DNA of 64,000 nt. Source: Eledone cirrhosa. Taxonomy: Eukaryota. The stretch covers positions 401,636,001-401,700,000 of the forward strand of contig OZ024741.1 in the NCBI GenBank assembly GCA_964016885.1, written 5' to 3'. The translations under genes were made by a program, and so were the position numbers. Each line of letters starts with the position of its first letter. Position 1 is the stretch's first letter. Under the pieces are notes generated by a model, which ran no database searches, was not told the DNA's origin, and saw only the letters and a program-made list of their open reading frames with translations. Shown here one piece after another: positions 28,601-40,600 of this stretch.

Positions 28601-31600
28601 GGCTGGGTGCTTTTTTGCCGTGGCACCTCCACGGCCACCTTGCGGTGGGGGGGGGGGGGGGGGGCATATTGTTTATATGCTTCAGCATGTACCCATGGGA
28701 GGTCGGGTACCCTGTATTACTGCGTGACGCCAGAAGTCACGGTCGTGTGTCATTGACTTTGAGAGGTGTAGTTGGTTAAGGTCGGCTTTTATCACCTCAT
28801 CCCAAGTCATCTTGGGTCTCCCCACTCCGCGGTTTCCATCAACTTCTAGTGCTCTGCACCTTTTTATGCAGCTGTCATCCTTCATACGCATCACATGTCC
28901 ATACCAGCGTAACCGCCTCTCCTGCACGCAGCATTTGATTCCTCTTATGCTCAGTCTCTCTCTCAATTCATTTATGCTTTGTCGTTCACGTATATTACTG
29001 TTACACATCCATCGGAGCATGCAGGCTTCGTTTCTCTCTAATCTACGTAAGTCTTCCACCTTCAGCGCCCAGGTCTCACTACCATGCAACATCGCTGTTC
29101 GGATACACGCATCATACAGTCTGCCTTTCATTCTGAGGGAGAAGCCTTTTGCAGCTAGCAGTGGTAGTAGTTCCCTAAACTTCTTCCATCCCGTTCTTAC
29201 CCTAGTTATTGTACTTTCTGAGCACCCACCTCCGTTGCTAATTCGGTCACCTAGGTAGCAGAAGCTGTCTACTGTTTCTACAGGGCCCTCCCAGAGATTG
29301 GTGGTACTTGTTTCCTGTGGCTGTTTGCTTGCTGTTTCAGCACAGCTGCTGCATGTGAATCCTACATTCTTAATTAAGCTTCCTGAGATCCCGCTACATC
29401 TCTTGTGTACCCATTGTTTGCATTTGGGGCAAAGAATGGAGTTCCTACCTACACCTTTCCTACATACTGAGCAAGGCCATTTCCCTGAGGGGATCTGGGT
29501 TCTGTTTTCTCGTCTACTTATAAGGACCTTAGTCTTTGTCATGTTGACTTTGAGGCCCTTTCTCTCTAGTCCCTGCTTCCAGGTTTGGAATTTATTCTCT
29601 AGTTCTACCATAGATTCAGCTATGAGTGCGAGGTCATCAGCATACAGGAGTTCCCATGGGCATCCGGTCTTAAACTCCTCCGTTATTGCCTGCAGGACTA
29701 TGATGAACAGGAGAGGGCTAAGAACAGAGCCCTGGTGGACCCCAACCTGTACGCTAAATTCCTCGCTATACTCATTGCCAATCCTAACTTTGCTGACTGC
29801 TCCCCTATACATGGCTTGTACCGCTTTCACAAGCCATTCATCTACTCCTAGTTTTCTAAGAGCCCACCAGATTACTGCACGTGGAACTCTGTCAAAGGCT
29901 TTCTCAAGGTCGACAAATGCCAAGTAGAGTGGCTTACTTTTAGCTAGGTACTTTTCCTGTAATTGCCTCACAAGGAAGAGCGCATCAGTGGTGCCTTTCC
30001 CTGGAACAAACCCAAATTGCATCTCGTCTATATTCACCCGGTCCCTAATCAGCTGTGCTATAACTCTTTCTGTTACTTTCATGACCTGGTCCATCAACTT
30101 TATACCTCTATAGTTTCCTCTATCTAGTGCATCGCCTTTACCTTTGTAGCAGTTGACAATGATGCTACTGCACCAATCTTTTGGTATGGCCCCCTCTAGT
30201 ATTACCTGGTTAACGATACGTGTGGTTATAGTGTGACCTACAGACCCAGATGCCTTCAGCATCTCGGCAGCTATACCCGATGGACCGGTTGCCTTCCCTA
30301 TCTTCATATCTCTGATTGCCTTACTTACTACGCTGCCGCTGACTTGTACTGCTGGTCCCTCTATAGGGTCTACGTGGGGTAGGGTCTCTTCTTCCCATGC
30401 ATTCTCCTCATTTAGTAATCTATCATAATGACTCTTCCATGCATCTTTCTTCTCAGCACTTGTGAGGGCAAGCTCACCTTTATCATTCCGGATACACTTC
30501 TCTCCAATGACATCACAACTATCTCTGACACACTGCCTCGCAATCTTGAATACCTCCTGTTTCTGGTCCTCACGTTGTAAAACATGCTTGAATTTTCTAT
30601 CCTCTGCTTCCCTCCTAGCTAAGTATACTTGTCGCCTAGCTTCCCTCTTGGTCTCTATGTAATGTACCCTGCTCCCCCCGTTCTTCCATTCTTTCCATGC
30701 CTGTCTCTTGGCCTTGACTGCTTCATCTACCTTATTGTTCCACCACCAAGTCACTCTCCTCCTGCTTGAGGTCTTACTCCAGCCACAAACCTCATCCGTC
30801 GCCTCTAGTAAGTTATTTTTTAGGAACTCCCAGTTCTCTTCTACGTTAAATGTCTCTATCTGTTCTTCTTTACTGTCGTAGGCGTTGAGTAAAATATCTT
30901 TAAATCTGTTACTGGTTGAGGGGACTTTCAGCTTCCAGATCTTTCTTCTCCAGGTTGGCCTCTGTTTCAGGGCTCGTCTAGTTCTGACCGTGAGGTCGCT
31001 GACAACTAAGCTATGTTGGGATGTACATTCCTCACTAGGGAAGGCTTTTGTGTTTACGACCGTCCATCTGTCACGTCCTCTGATGAGGATAAAATCTAAC
31101 TGACTAGAGTGCTCCCCTGATCTATAGGTGATCAGGTGGTTGTCGGGTTTTTTAAAGTTTGTGTTACATATCGACATGTCATTGGCGTCGCAGAATTCTA
31201 GAAGTCTGAATCCTTCCTCATTCCTTGTGCCAACTCCATGGCCTCCATGTACTCTATTGAAGCCGTCGCAGTGTTTACCTACGTGTCCGTTAAAATCTCC
31301 TGCAATGATTAGGAAGTCCTTGTCGTCTGTTAGAGCAGTAGTGTGTATTAGGGACTCGTAAAACCTATCCTTAAGTTCGTCTGGCAGCCCCGATTGGGGT
31401 GCGTAAGCTGATATTATTGTGGTAATTGTCTTATTCAGGACTAGTCTGAGTTTAATGATTCTTGCATTTACCCTGTACACTGAGATTACTTTATCTACCC
31501 ACTTGTCAGCTAATAGTATACCTACACCACCCATCCCATCGTCATTTCCCACCCAGAAAAATTTGTAGCACTGGCTTTTTCCTACAAGGACTCTAGCAGA

Positions 31601-34600
31601 CCCTCCTCTCCATCTAGTCTCTTGCACACAGCATACATCAACTTCCTTTCGCTCTAGCATTTCTACGATTTCTCCTGCTCTTCCTTTCATTGAGCCTACA
31701 TTGATGGTACCAACTCGGAGTTTTGGGCATTTGTCGACACTCGTAGGGGAGGGTCTCTGGGTTGGCGCTTCACGTGGGTGCTTGGTAGCTCGCAGATTCA
31801 TATTTCATAATTCATAATGATAATTATGATAGATTGTAGTTCTGTTGATTATGATTTGTTTCTTTGTGTTGTTTTGTAGAATCATGGTGTGCTGTTAATG
31901 ATGGTTTGGAAGATGTTTCATTAATAAGATCCTGGGATATTAAATTGTCAAGCAATGAGGAAAATCCAGATGTTATTAGACCTGGAAACAAAGGATGGAG
32001 TCCTGCTATAGATGATAAGAAACTTACAGTAACTATGTTTGTTGGTGACTCTTTAAGATATGGTGCATCTATTCATCTCTTACGATCTAAATGTGTTGGA
32101 AAATTTGATGTTATTCTCACTGGTGAACAGAAAAAGAAATTTGGGGTAAGTTTCAATTGTTGTACCAACACTATTAGGCAGTGAATTGGAAGAGACAGAA
32201 GGTCAGATAGAATGCTTTATGGTATTCATTCCAGCTCTCTTGTCTCTCAGTTCAAATTCTGCCAAGGACAACTTTGCCTATCATCCTTTCGAGATCAATA
32301 AAAATAGTACCTGTCTAGTACTGGGGTTGATTCTTCCTCTATATCTCTTTCTCCAGGTCTGAGTACCTACATACATACAAGACACGTACATACATACATA
32401 TACTTACATACATACATGTACACACATACATATACTTACATACATATATACATACATGCGTGTACTTACACGTACATACTCATACACGTATGCATATGCA
32501 GATGAGGCCGTCCTTTCGAGATCGATAAAAATAGTACCTGTCTAGTACTGGGGTTTATTCTTCCTCTATATCTGTTTCTCTCATCCTCTCTATCCTTCTC
32601 TGGAAGAAATCTGCTGTATTTAGACCTGGAGAGATATGGGGCTCTGCAAGACTTAAAATGCCCTTAAAATGCTGCATGCCACCATGGCACCCCTGTGGCA
32701 CCATCAGGAGTTACGGGACCATACCATACCACCAAAGATATCACAGTGAAGACATTATTGAAATTGTTCTCTTTACTATATCAATTTAGATATCATTTTT
32801 TTTAATTTTCAACATACATAATTTTGATTTGTGATATAAACATTTGATGTAAAGTGACTTGGCAAAGTCATTAGAACTTTGAATAGAATACCTTGTGATA
32901 TTTTCTCTTGCTCTCTGCATGCTGAGTTCAAAATACGCTGGAGTTAATCCTTTTAAGACTTATTTCGAAATATTTAATATAAACACTGGATGTTAAGAAA
33001 GCTTTGTAAATTGTGTTTCACAAAATTCTGTTGTAATTTATCATTGTGTAGTTATCTTACTTATAGAATGCATGCATGGTCCCATAACTTCTGTGAGTGT
33101 CATAGCGGCACCATTTTGACATATGGTATTTCTAGGGTGTTTTGAAACCTGGCAGAGCCCATCTCCTCTCCAGGTCAGAATACAGCAGATTTCTTCCAGA
33201 GAAGAATAGAGAGAGTGAAAAAATGGAAGTGAGAAAAAGATATAGAGGAAGAATTGACCCCAGTATTAGACTGGTATTTTTTTTATTGACCTTGAATGGA
33301 TGAAAGGCAAAGTTGACCTCGACGGGATTTGAACTCAGAATGACAGATAGAATGGTTTGCAGTATTCATTCTAACTCTCTGCTCTCTAATGACATCCAAT
33401 TTGTTACCGTCATACTAATATATATTGATCTTATTGAAGTAAGATATCAGTAACCTCCTAATATTGTAAAACATTCTATCTAATGTTCTAATGACTCTAT
33501 CAATTAGTCACCATTACTTACAAGATAGCTTCGTTAATTATAAGTTCAAAGAATAACAGAATCAACAGTGGTAGGATATAATGTCTCTTGGTACCACTGT
33601 AATAACATATTCTAGAATTAAAGTTTTCACTCTGACATAACTGTATACATATAAGTATGTGAATTTCGTATATCTAATGATATATGATATGTTTATAAAT
33701 AAACATTTGGAAACCCTTTTAGCAATGAATATTGAAAAGCTGACAGCTAGCACCATGTAGTGGATTCCAGCAGAAGCAACAGAAGATAACTGTCAATGTG
33801 TTTCTGGCTCAGGCCATCATCAGGACAATGCTTCTCCTGTCCAGCTCTCTGCTGGAATTTGAAACAGGCAACTGGATAATGTCTATTTAAATAATTTTAT
33901 TTTGTATTTTTATTATTATAGTCACTTATCTCTATCTTGTATTGGATTTTTTTTTTGGTTTTCAATTGTAAAACAAGTACTCAATACTTCCCCTAATCTG
34001 TCATGGCTTACCAGCTCTATACGGACGTTTACATTGTTTAAATAAATAAATTTAGGTAGGTAAGGATGATGGGTTAGGTGGAGTAGGCATTTTCCTGGCT
34101 GAGAAATGGATCAATAAGACAATAGAGGTAGTTCGAGTTAGTAATCGAATAATTAAGCTTAGATTAGTTGTAGGTAGGAGACTACTGATAATCATCTCGG
34201 TCTATGCTCCCCAAGCAGGCCTAGGCAAAGATGAGAAAGACTGCTTTTATGAGCAACTTTTGCAAACAACCACAATGACAGAGGACGGAGACATCGTTAT
34301 GCTAGCAGGAGACTTCAATGGTCATGTTGGACAGCTCCAGATAGTGTCTAATACCAAGGCATACCCTGGGGAAGAATGTACCCCACAGCATAGGTTAGTT
34401 GTTAGTGATATCTCAGTAAGCAAGAGATGGAATGAGACATATAGGAAGGTGTGGAGAAGAAAGGTCTGGAAGCTAAAAGACCTTTCACTAAAATACAAAT
34501 TTAGGAAAGCCCTTCAAGATGTATATGACGAAAAAGAAGACGATTTAGAGACGTATGGCATAGATAATAACTGGAAGTTCTTACGTGACAACTTGCTGCA

Positions 34601-37600
34601 GGCTACTGATGAAACCTGTGGCTGGAGCAGAGCTCCAACCAGACAGAGAGTGACCTGGTGGTGGAACAGCACTGTAGATAAGGCTATTAGAGACAAAAGA
34701 CTAGCATGGAAGGCTTGGAAAAAGGGTGGGAGTAGGGAAGAATATACAGCCACTAAGAGAGAAGCTAGACGTCAGGTGTACTTAGCACGCAGGGAGGCAG
34801 AGAGTAGGAGGTTTGCCAATGTTCTGCGACGGGAAGATCAGAGGCGTGCGGTGTTCCACATTGCAAGGCAGTGTGTCAATGCAAATCAGGATGTTGTTGG
34901 AGATAAATGTGTCCGGGATGATGCCGGTGTACTTAGTGTCACAAATGACCAGAAAAAGGAGGCCTGGAAATGTCATTATGAGAGACTGATGAATGTGGAG
35001 AACGAATGGGAGAGAGAGAAATTACCCTTGGTAGATCCGACAGAGGGACCAGCTATTGAGATTGACGAATATAGGGTCCAAGAGGCGATTAGGGAAATGA
35101 AAAATGGTAAGGTGGCCGGACCATCGGGAATAGTTGCTGAGATGCTGAAGGCATCAGGGGACGTAGGCACTAAACTGGTTGCACGCATCATCAATCAGGC
35201 TATATATGGTGGTGTCATACCCAAAGACTGGTGCAGCAGTATTCTCATAAATTGCTACAAAGGTAAAGGGGAGGCTTTGGAGAGGAGCAATTATAGGGGT
35301 ATAAAACTGATAGATCAGGTTATGAAAGTGGCAGAAAGGATTTTAGCACAACTAATTAGAGAAAGGGTCAAACTAGATGAGATGAAGTTTGGTTTTGTGC
35401 CTGGGAAGAGTACAACAGATGCCCTCTTCTTGGTGAGACAAATGCAAGAGAGGTTCTTAGAGAAGAATAAGCCACTATACTTAGCCTTTGTTGACCTAGA
35501 GAAGGCCTTTGATAGGGTACCCCGATCTGTCATCTGGTAGTCCCTAAGGAAGCTAGGTGTTGAGGGATGGCTTGTGAGGACAGTGCAAACTTTGTACAGA
35601 GGTACTCTCAGTAAAGTCAGGGTAGGAATGGAGTTTAGTGAGGAATTCCAGATACAAGTAGGAGTACATCAGGGTTCGGTCCTCAGCCCGCTCTTGTTCA
35701 TTATAGTCCTCCAAGCCATAACAGAGGAGTTTAAGACTGGCTGTCCATGGGAACTTCTCTATGCTGACGATCTGGCTCTTATAGCAGAATCAGTAGAGGA
35801 GCTAGAGAATAAATTCCGGCTATGGAAACAGCAGTTGGAAGCAAGAGGACAGAGTAAATGTAGCTAAGACAAAAGTGTTGATGAGTAGAAAAGAGGACAA
35901 AACCCTGATTCCGTCAGGGAAATGGCCATGTTCGATATGCAGAAAAGGAACTGGCATAAATTCTATAAAATGCACACAATGCAGGTCCTGGGTACACAAG
36001 AAATGTAGCGGGATAGCAGGCAAACTAACAGGTAGGGAGAAATATGTATGCAGTAGATGTACAGGGAAATTAGACAGTAGAAGTCGCACTGATAGACACA
36101 TTTTTCAAATGCGAGAGGGCGCTATAGAAGTAGTGGATAGCTTCCGGTACCTAGGAGATCAGATTAGCATGGGAGGAGGGTGTTCCGAGGCCATAGTATC
36201 TAGAATAAGGACGGGTTGGAAGAAGTTTAGGGAGCTGCTTCCTCTGTTGACGAAGAAGGGTTTCTCCCTGCGTACGAGGGGCCGGTTGTATGATGCCTGT
36301 GTGAGGAGCGCGATGCTGAATGGTAGTGAGACATGGGCAGCTACCGCAGAGGATATGCGACGGCTGGAGAGAAATGAGGCAAGCATGCTCCGTTGGATGT
36401 GCAGTGTAAATGTGCATGAACGACCCAGCATAAATGTGTTGAGAGAGAAACTGTGTCTGAGAGGGATAGAATGTAGTGTACGGGAGAGGAGACTGAGGTG
36501 GTATGGACATGTGATGCGCATGGAGGATGACCGATGGGTGAAGAAGTGCCAGGAAATGCCAGTTGAAGGAAGACGTGGTAGAGGTAGACCACGAAAAACA
36601 TGGGCGGAGGTGGTGAGAACAGACCTCAGATCATTGAAGCTCACGGTGGAGATGACGAGGGACCGTGACGAGTGGAGAGATGCTGTGCTGAATAAGACCC
36701 GTCCCACCCTTGCAAGCAGGGAAAAGCGGATGTAAAATGATGATGATGATGATGATGAAATAATGGGAAACCTTTTGTGATTCTAATTACTCTGCAATAA
36801 TAATAATAATGTTTCTACTTTTGGCACAAGGCCAGCAATTACTCCAGTGCATTACTGGTACTTTATTATATCGACCCCGTAAAGATGAAAGGCAAAGTTA
36901 ACCTCGGTGGGATTTGAACTCAGAACGTAAATGGCCATAACTCTATGTTGCAAAGCATGATGTCTGACACTCTACTGATACTGCCAAACCAATAATGATA
37001 TTTATCTAATGATGTCTTATCTTTAATTTCCTTGTGTACCTAGAATAATGCAAAGGATGAGATTGTTAAAATTCCCTTTGGTACAACATCAGACACAGTG
37101 AAAATCCATTTTAGTCCTGTTTCCAGTAAATGTAGGATGTTAATAGCAGTATCTTTTAAAGGATGTTTTGAATCAGCATGTAAGTATGACTTTCTTCTAT
37201 TATTATACATTGAAATAAATCACATATTGTTTTACCATGTTGTAATGTAGCATAGAAAGCTTACCAAACAAAAGGTTGGGAGGACCCTTCAGTCGTATCG
37301 ACCCTTCAGTTGTGTCAAGGACATGACAACCTCCCTAATGTTGGTGACCTACATGATAAATTCACCCAGTACACTCGGTAAAGTGGTTGGTGTTAGGAAG
37401 GGCATCCAGTTGTAGAAAACTCACCAAAGAGTTGGGAGAACATTTCAGTTGTGTCTAGGACATGTCAACCTCTCCTGTGCACTCAATATAATTATTTCTA
37501 CTTTTGGCACAAGCCCAGCAATTATCTCAGTGTATTACTGGTACTTTATTTTATCGACCCCCGTAAGGATGAAAGGCAAAGTTAACCTCGGCAGGATTTG

Positions 37601-40600
37601 AACTCAGACCATAAAGGGCCGTAACTTTTTGCTGCAAAGCATGGCGTCCGACCCTCTACTGATACTGCCAATCTGCCGTCAATATAATATATACTAATAT
37701 TAGAATACATTACGTAATTTGGCACCGGACCGTATCATCAGTGAGAGTTTATCTCCCTGTGATGGACAACATTAGAAATGTTTCTTTTCATCCATTCAAA
37801 GTTGATAAAAAAAAAAGTACCTGTCAAATACTGGTTTTGATTCTTCCTCTATATCTCTTTCTCACTTCCTTCTTCTCTCTCTCTCTCTGGAAGAAATCTA
37901 CTGGATATGGAGAGAGATAGGCTCCACCAGGTTTTAAAAATGCTTGAGAAATGCTGTATGTTAATTGGCAACCCTACAACTTCCACAAGAGTTATGGGGC
38001 AAACATTTTTATAATGATAATAATAATAATAATAATGAAATTATTGTGGACAGTGCTCAGGTGCACTACGACTCATCAAAGGTGCATGTATAGTACATAG
38101 AATAATGTACACATGTCAGGAAAGTGAACAGTGTACAAGTCATGATATACATGTGTACGTGTGTATGGAGGGGCGACATCAGGTGTAGTGCTGGCGAATC
38201 TCAGGAAGCATGGAGGTTTTAAAGGATACAGTGTCTCGACAGCTAACAACTGATGCAGGTAGTTTGTTCCATGGAGGTTTTAAAGGATGTAGTGTCTCGA
38301 CAGCTAATAACTGATGCAGGTAGTTTCTTCCATTGAGGTTTTAAATGATGCAGTGTCTCGACAGCTAACAACTGATGCAGGTAGTTTGTTCCATGGAGGT
38401 TTTAAAGGATGCAGTGTCTCGACAGCTAATAACTGATGCTGGTAGTTTGTTCCATGGAGGTTTTAAAGGATGCGGTGTCTCGACAGCTAATAACTGATGC
38501 TGGTAGTTTGTTCCATGGAGGTTTTAAAGGATGCAGTGTCTCGACAGCTAACAGCTGATGCAGGTAGTTTGTTCCATGGAGGTTTTAAAGGATGCAGTGT
38601 CTTGACAACTAATAACTGATGCAGGTAGTTTGTTCCATGCTTCAGCAACTCATATCCATTTAGAAATTCTCTATGATAATATATGTAATTTGTTTCTGGT
38701 TTTTTTTTTCTGTTGTCTTTAATTTTCCTTTTAGCCACATCAATTCCAACAACAACACCACAACAGACAACAGCTACAGGTACGTTTCTTCTAAATCTGG
38801 CATAGATTACATTTTACAGAAATCATAGATTTTCAACCTACCAAGAAGTGATTTATTACACTCCTCTCCAACATCACAACACAGACATGCACATATATAT
38901 ATACATATATATGTATCCCATGTACGTCAATACTCATCTTTTTAATTAGTATGGAGGCACATGGCTTAGTGGTTAGAGCATTGGCTTTGCAATCAAAAGG
39001 TTGTGAGTTCAATTCTCAGACCGGGTGATGTGTTGTTTCCTTGAGCAAGACACTTTATTTCACATTGCTCCAGTTTACTCAGCTGTAGAGATGAGATGAT
39101 AGGGACTGGGGTCCCTATCATTCCACTGCAAAGTGGTCGTGGAGGTGCCACGGCAAAAAAGCACCCAGCACTCACTGTAAATGAGGTTGGTGTTAGGAAG
39201 GGCATCCAGCTGTAGAAATCAAGCCAGAATCAGTTCCCGTCCCACCCTTGCAAGCAGGGAAAAGCGGACGTAAAATGAAATGATGATGATGATATATATA
39301 TATATATATACACATGTGGAAGCTTAGTAAAATCGAAGCTTTGGCTGTGGCCAAGCAAAGTCGACCTACAATATGAATGAGTTAGCAAAGCACTCAATAA
39401 GCCCTCCTTAGAGTAATAACATACGTTTAAACAGCTTGACAAATTGAACATTGTGGTAGGCAAAACCCAACCACACAATACCAAAGTAACGAAAAAACTA
39501 AAAACTAACAGGTTGAAAAAATACACCTGGACAAATCAAACGTTATACGTTTAAAGTGTTTCTATGAATCCGAAATCAGTTATCCAGCTTACATAACAGG
39601 CAGGCTCGTGGTATTCCATGATCGAACAGAGGATTCATTTCATCAACAGGGATTCCGTTCTGCCAAAAATCGGAGTGGACGAGCTAAATGCTGCTGCTAT
39701 AAGCCAGCCATCGTACACTTAGTTATCACGCGTTATTTCCAACAAGGGAAGCAACCCCCGGTTTTTGGCGGGTAGATTCAAAGAGATAACAAATGAAATA
39801 TTATAATTTCCACTAACATTCAGAATAAAAGCTCTCAACGAGATGTTATTAAACACAAATAATTAACCAATCAACATATATATATAATGAAGGAAGTGTG
39901 GTAAGGAACCAGGTGAACCGTAATGTACCAGAGTACTCAATACTTTGGGTAATAGGAAAAGGTTCAGGACCCCGACGGCAGAGCTCAAGCTGTTTCGATG
40001 GCTATTTCTGGACGTATCGAAACAGCTTGAGCTCAGCCATCGGGGTCCTGAACCTTTTCCTATATTATATATATATATATATATATACATATATCAAATT
40101 TTAAAATTATAATATAAAATTAAATTAAATTGTTTAGAACTACAAGTGAAGTCATTCTTTTCCTTTTTTGAAACATATATATAAATTGCTACAAAGGTAA
40201 AAGGGATACTCTGGAGAGGAGCAATTATAGGGGTATAAAACTGATGGATCAGGTTATGAAAGTGGCAGAAAGGATTTTAGCACAACTAATTAGAGAAAGG
40301 GTCAAACTAGATGAGATGCAGTTTGGTTTTGTGCCTGGGAAGAGTACAACAGATGCCCTCTTCTTGGTGAGACAATTACAAGAGAGGTTCTTAGAGAAAA
40401 ATAAGCCACTATACTTAGCCTTTGTTGACCTAGAGAAGGCCTTTGATAGGGTACCCCGATCTGTCATCTGGTGGTCCCTAAGGAAACTAGGTGTTGAGGA
40501 ATGGCTTGTGAGGACAGTGCAAACTTTGTACAGAGATATTGTCAGTAAAGTCAGGGCAGGAATGGAGTTTAGTGAGGAATTCCAGATACAAGTAGGAGTA

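Noticed and set aside
33565-33625. Possible extra exon C (ggtaccactgt similarity to C2)
   Set aside because: Only ~11 nt match; no GCFES end or donor, and the frame does not resemble the domain.
38951-39030. tRNA gene
   Set aside because: A/B-box-like head continues into a SINE body; no acceptor stem or cloverleaf.
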